Shown piece after piece: positions 61,111 through 64,000 of a stretch of 64,000 bases of DNA. Below the pieces are notes generated by a model. It was not told where the DNA came from. It searched no databases and saw only the letters and a list, made by a program, of their open reading frames with translations. The stretch comes from Malacoraja senta (lineage: Eukaryota), in the NCBI GenBank assembly GCA_038087875.1, contig JAXLNO010006061.1, positions 62,001 to 126,000 of the forward strand, written 5' to 3'. Numbering within the stretch: the stretch's first letter is position 1; each line of letters begins with the position of its first letter. A program made the translations under genes and the position numbers.

Positions 61111-63979
61111 CAGGGCTCTCACTTAACTTTTTTCCCCTGTTGCCAGCCGGGCAACCTTGACAGCTTTTTAGGTTGCCAAATGACAGTTTAGGTGGTCATT
61201 GAAGACGGTTTGCATGACCCGTGCGATAATGTGCTCGGACGAAGTGCGTAGGTACCATTCGGAATTATGCTCAATGAAGCATTCACATATTATGTTCAAG
61301 AAGGAACTGCAGATGCTGGAAAATCAAAGGTAGACAAAAGTGCTGGAGAAACTCAGCGAGTGCAGCAGCATCTATGGAGCGAAGGAAATAAGCAACGTTT
61401 CAGGCCGAAACCCATCAGTCTGAAGAAGGGTGAAACCCATCAGCATATGCTTAACCATACACACTACAAATTGATGCAACCATGTTTTCTGTGAAGGACC
61501 GAAAATTACCATGACATGTCCATAGCATGGGTCGTTATTGCTATTGGCACAGAAACACTCTGGCTTCCCACATAATTTATCCATAACAAAATATACAGGT
61601 TGCAAGGAAATTTCTAAAGGCATTTTATGATAATAGCTGTTAATACCGACTATTCCTGACTGTACCGACTATACCAGACTGATTCCTGGGATGTCAGGAC
61701 TTTCATATGAAGAAAGACTGGATAGACTTGGCTTATACTCGCTAGAATTTAGGAGATTGAGAGGGGATCTTATAGAAACTTACAACATTCTTATGGGGTT
61801 GGACAGGCTAGATGCAGGAAGATTGTTCCCGATGTTGGGGAAGTCCAGGACAAGGGGTCACAGCTTAAGGATAAGGGGGAAATCCTTTAAGACCGAGATG
61901 AGAAAAAACTTTTTCACACAGAGAGTGGTGAATCTCTGGAACTCTCTGCCACAGAGGGTAGTTGAGGCCAGCTCATTGGCTATATTTAAGAGGGAGTTAG
62001 ATGTGGCCCTTGTGGCTAAAGGGATCAGGGGGTATGGAGAGAAGGCAGGTACGGGATACTGAGTTGGATGATCAGCCATGATTATATTGAATGGCAGTGC
62101 AGGCTCGAAGGGCCGAATGGCCTACTCCTGCACCTATTTTCTATGTATCTATGTATACCCATCTGACAGGTTAAACATTACACTAACTGACAAGAGATGG
62201 CCAAAGGACATAACTGCAGCAAATGTTCTTTTGGTAATATGTTTAAAGGTGTCAAAACAAATAATAACATTGGGAATTAAAACACATTTGATTACATTCA
62301 GTTATCAAACATAATCAATGTTCGCTCTGAAGACCATGAAGCACAATAGGGTCAGGGGGTGTGTGAATCAGTGCGGGGTGGATAGATGGCGGGGGGGGGG
62401 GGGGGGTTGAGAAGGCAATCGGTGCGGAATGTATGGATTGCGGCAGGTGATTAGTACGTGTTGGTTGGAGTATGTAAAATTGTGAGAGGAGAGCACGGGG
62501 GATGTCAGTGGTGTTGAATGGGGGGGGATCAATATGGGATGGATGGGGGGAATCAGTATAGGATGAATGGGGGTTCAGTACAGGACGAATGGGGGTAGAC
62601 AAAAAGGCTGGAGAAATTCAGCGGGTGAGGCAGCATCTATGGAGCTAAGGAAATAAGCAACGTTTCGGGTCGAGACCCTTCTTCAGACTGTTCCCCCCAT
62701 TCTTTTTGAATGGGGGGGATCAGCACAGGATGAATGGGGGGATCAGTACAGGATGAATGGGGGGGGTCAGAGCAGTGTGGATCGGAGGGTCTATGCAGGA
62801 TGAATGGGAGATCACTACAGGATGAATGTGGGGATCAGTACAGGATGAATGGGGGATCAGTAAAAGATGAATGCGGAGATCACTACAGGATGGATGGGGG
62901 GCTTGGTGCAGGGTAAATGGAGGGTGGGTCAGTACGGGATGAATGGGAGGATCAGTGCAGTATGAATGGGGGGGGGGAGAAGTGCAGGATGGATGGGAAG
63001 GGGGATCAGTACAGGATGAATTGGGGGACCAGTGTAGGATGGATGGGGGGGGGGGGGGGTGGCAGAAGAATCAATGCGAGGTGGGTAGGGTGATGAATAG
63101 ATTGGGGGGGGTAGATGGGGAGGGGAGCACAGAGGATGTCAGTGAGGACTGAATAGAGGAGGGAATGGGGATCAGTGCGGGATGGAGAGGAGGGGTCCCA
63201 GGATAAGAGCGGTGGAGGGGGGCGTACAAGAGAGAGAGAGAGAAAGAGGGGGGGGGGGAAGGGGCAGAGGAGGTGGGGAGGAAGAAAGGTAAGCGCTCCT
63301 CGGACATCGCCCCGCTGCCTTGGCCGTCCCTGTCCAACACCAAAGTGCCGTCGCCGCCTCCTCGCCACCGCCTCCCCTCCTCCGCCAGCCGACAGGAAGG
63401 TGCGGGGCCGAGCGGTGCAGCTCAAACATCCTATAGCTGTAGGATCTTTGGTGCAGCTGCTTCAGACGGCGGAAGGAGGCCTCCCTCTCCCTCCCTCCTC
63501 CCGGCCTCGGCATGCGAGTGGGGTTGGTTTGAAAGTGTCGTTAGCGGAGTTGCAAGCAGCGACCGTTATCAGGGCGATAGGAGCCACTGATGGCAAATCC
63601 GCAAAAGACGCTTTCAAAACAACCCCCTCTCGCACGCCGAGGAGGGGGGGGAAAGAGGGAGGCCTCCTTCCGCCGGGCGGGAGGCGGTGGAGCTGCTGTC
63701 GCGGCCGCTGTTGCCGCTGTTCGGGGCCCGTCATTCGCCCCGACCCTTCGTCACCAGGCACCTAGCATCTTTGACCCGCAATCAAAGATACTAGAGGAAT
63801 ACAGCCGCCGACCCGAAACGTCAGTTCCTATTCGCTGGAGATGCTGCATGAGTTACTCCAGTTTTTTGCGTAAACCAGTATTTGGGTGCCAAGCCGGGCA
63901 AAATGAGTCGCCGTTTAGGTTGCCTGGGGGCACTTTCTGTGGTCAATGGGGCCCAGGCAACCGCTAATTTCCAGCCCTG
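61111..63979. mobile_element. Non-autonomous DNA transposon, copy 2 (5-bp TSD CTGCA)
   Basis: CAGGGCTCTC...CCAGCCCTG inserted in CR1 (TATACTGCA|...|CTGCATCTG). Same arms, minisatellite and PLE pieces as 15223-17638, plus private PLE (~61293-61440) and CR1-A (~61672-62147) insertions. Confidence 0.85.
62595..62690 (-). ncRNA. Putative minimal type I hammerhead ribozyme in a Penelope-like 3' end (best-preserved copy)
   Basis: CAGU-CUGAAGA-A-GGGU(CUCG)ACCC-GAAA-CG-UU has the core boxes, a 4-bp stem II and palindromic AACGUU. Activity untested. Confidence 0.55.
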
Positions 63980-64000
63980 CTGCATCTGCCACGCATCTGC

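Overview
Vertebrate nuclear DNA, most likely from a cartilaginous fish (skate/ray), inferred from the immunoglobulin domain type and repeat content. The only host coding element I can support is one intact Ig heavy-chain constant (C1-set) exon at 444-761 on the minus strand, resembling IgNAR C3 or the homologous IgW domain. I found no other Ig exon, J segment or RSS in the 63 kb upstream of it. Nearly all the rest is transposable-element sequence: CR1 LINEs of two families, three L1 families, Tx1 and Rex/Babar fragments, a Gypsy LTR/gag relic, and about 13 Penelope-like 3' ends carrying a minimal hammerhead-ribozyme motif. There are also two copies of a composite DNA transposon with 5-bp TSDs and a class I endogenous retrovirus (LTR, PBS-Pro, decayed gag/pol, env, LTR). 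From about 14.8 to 52.6 kb everything is nested inside one old minus-strand L1. Two tandem duplications (9.94 kb and 6.45 kb) and a 656-bp inverted repeat are present. The most notable observations are a CR1 RT fragment carried inside the provirus with directional cytosine loss, an L1 insertion with a 406-bp target-site duplication, and the hammerhead-bearing micro-insertions. Also notable are a 95-bp insertion apparently copied from a local decayed L1, a polymerase-theta-like repair scar, and the apparently orphan Ig exon. All counts are by eye.
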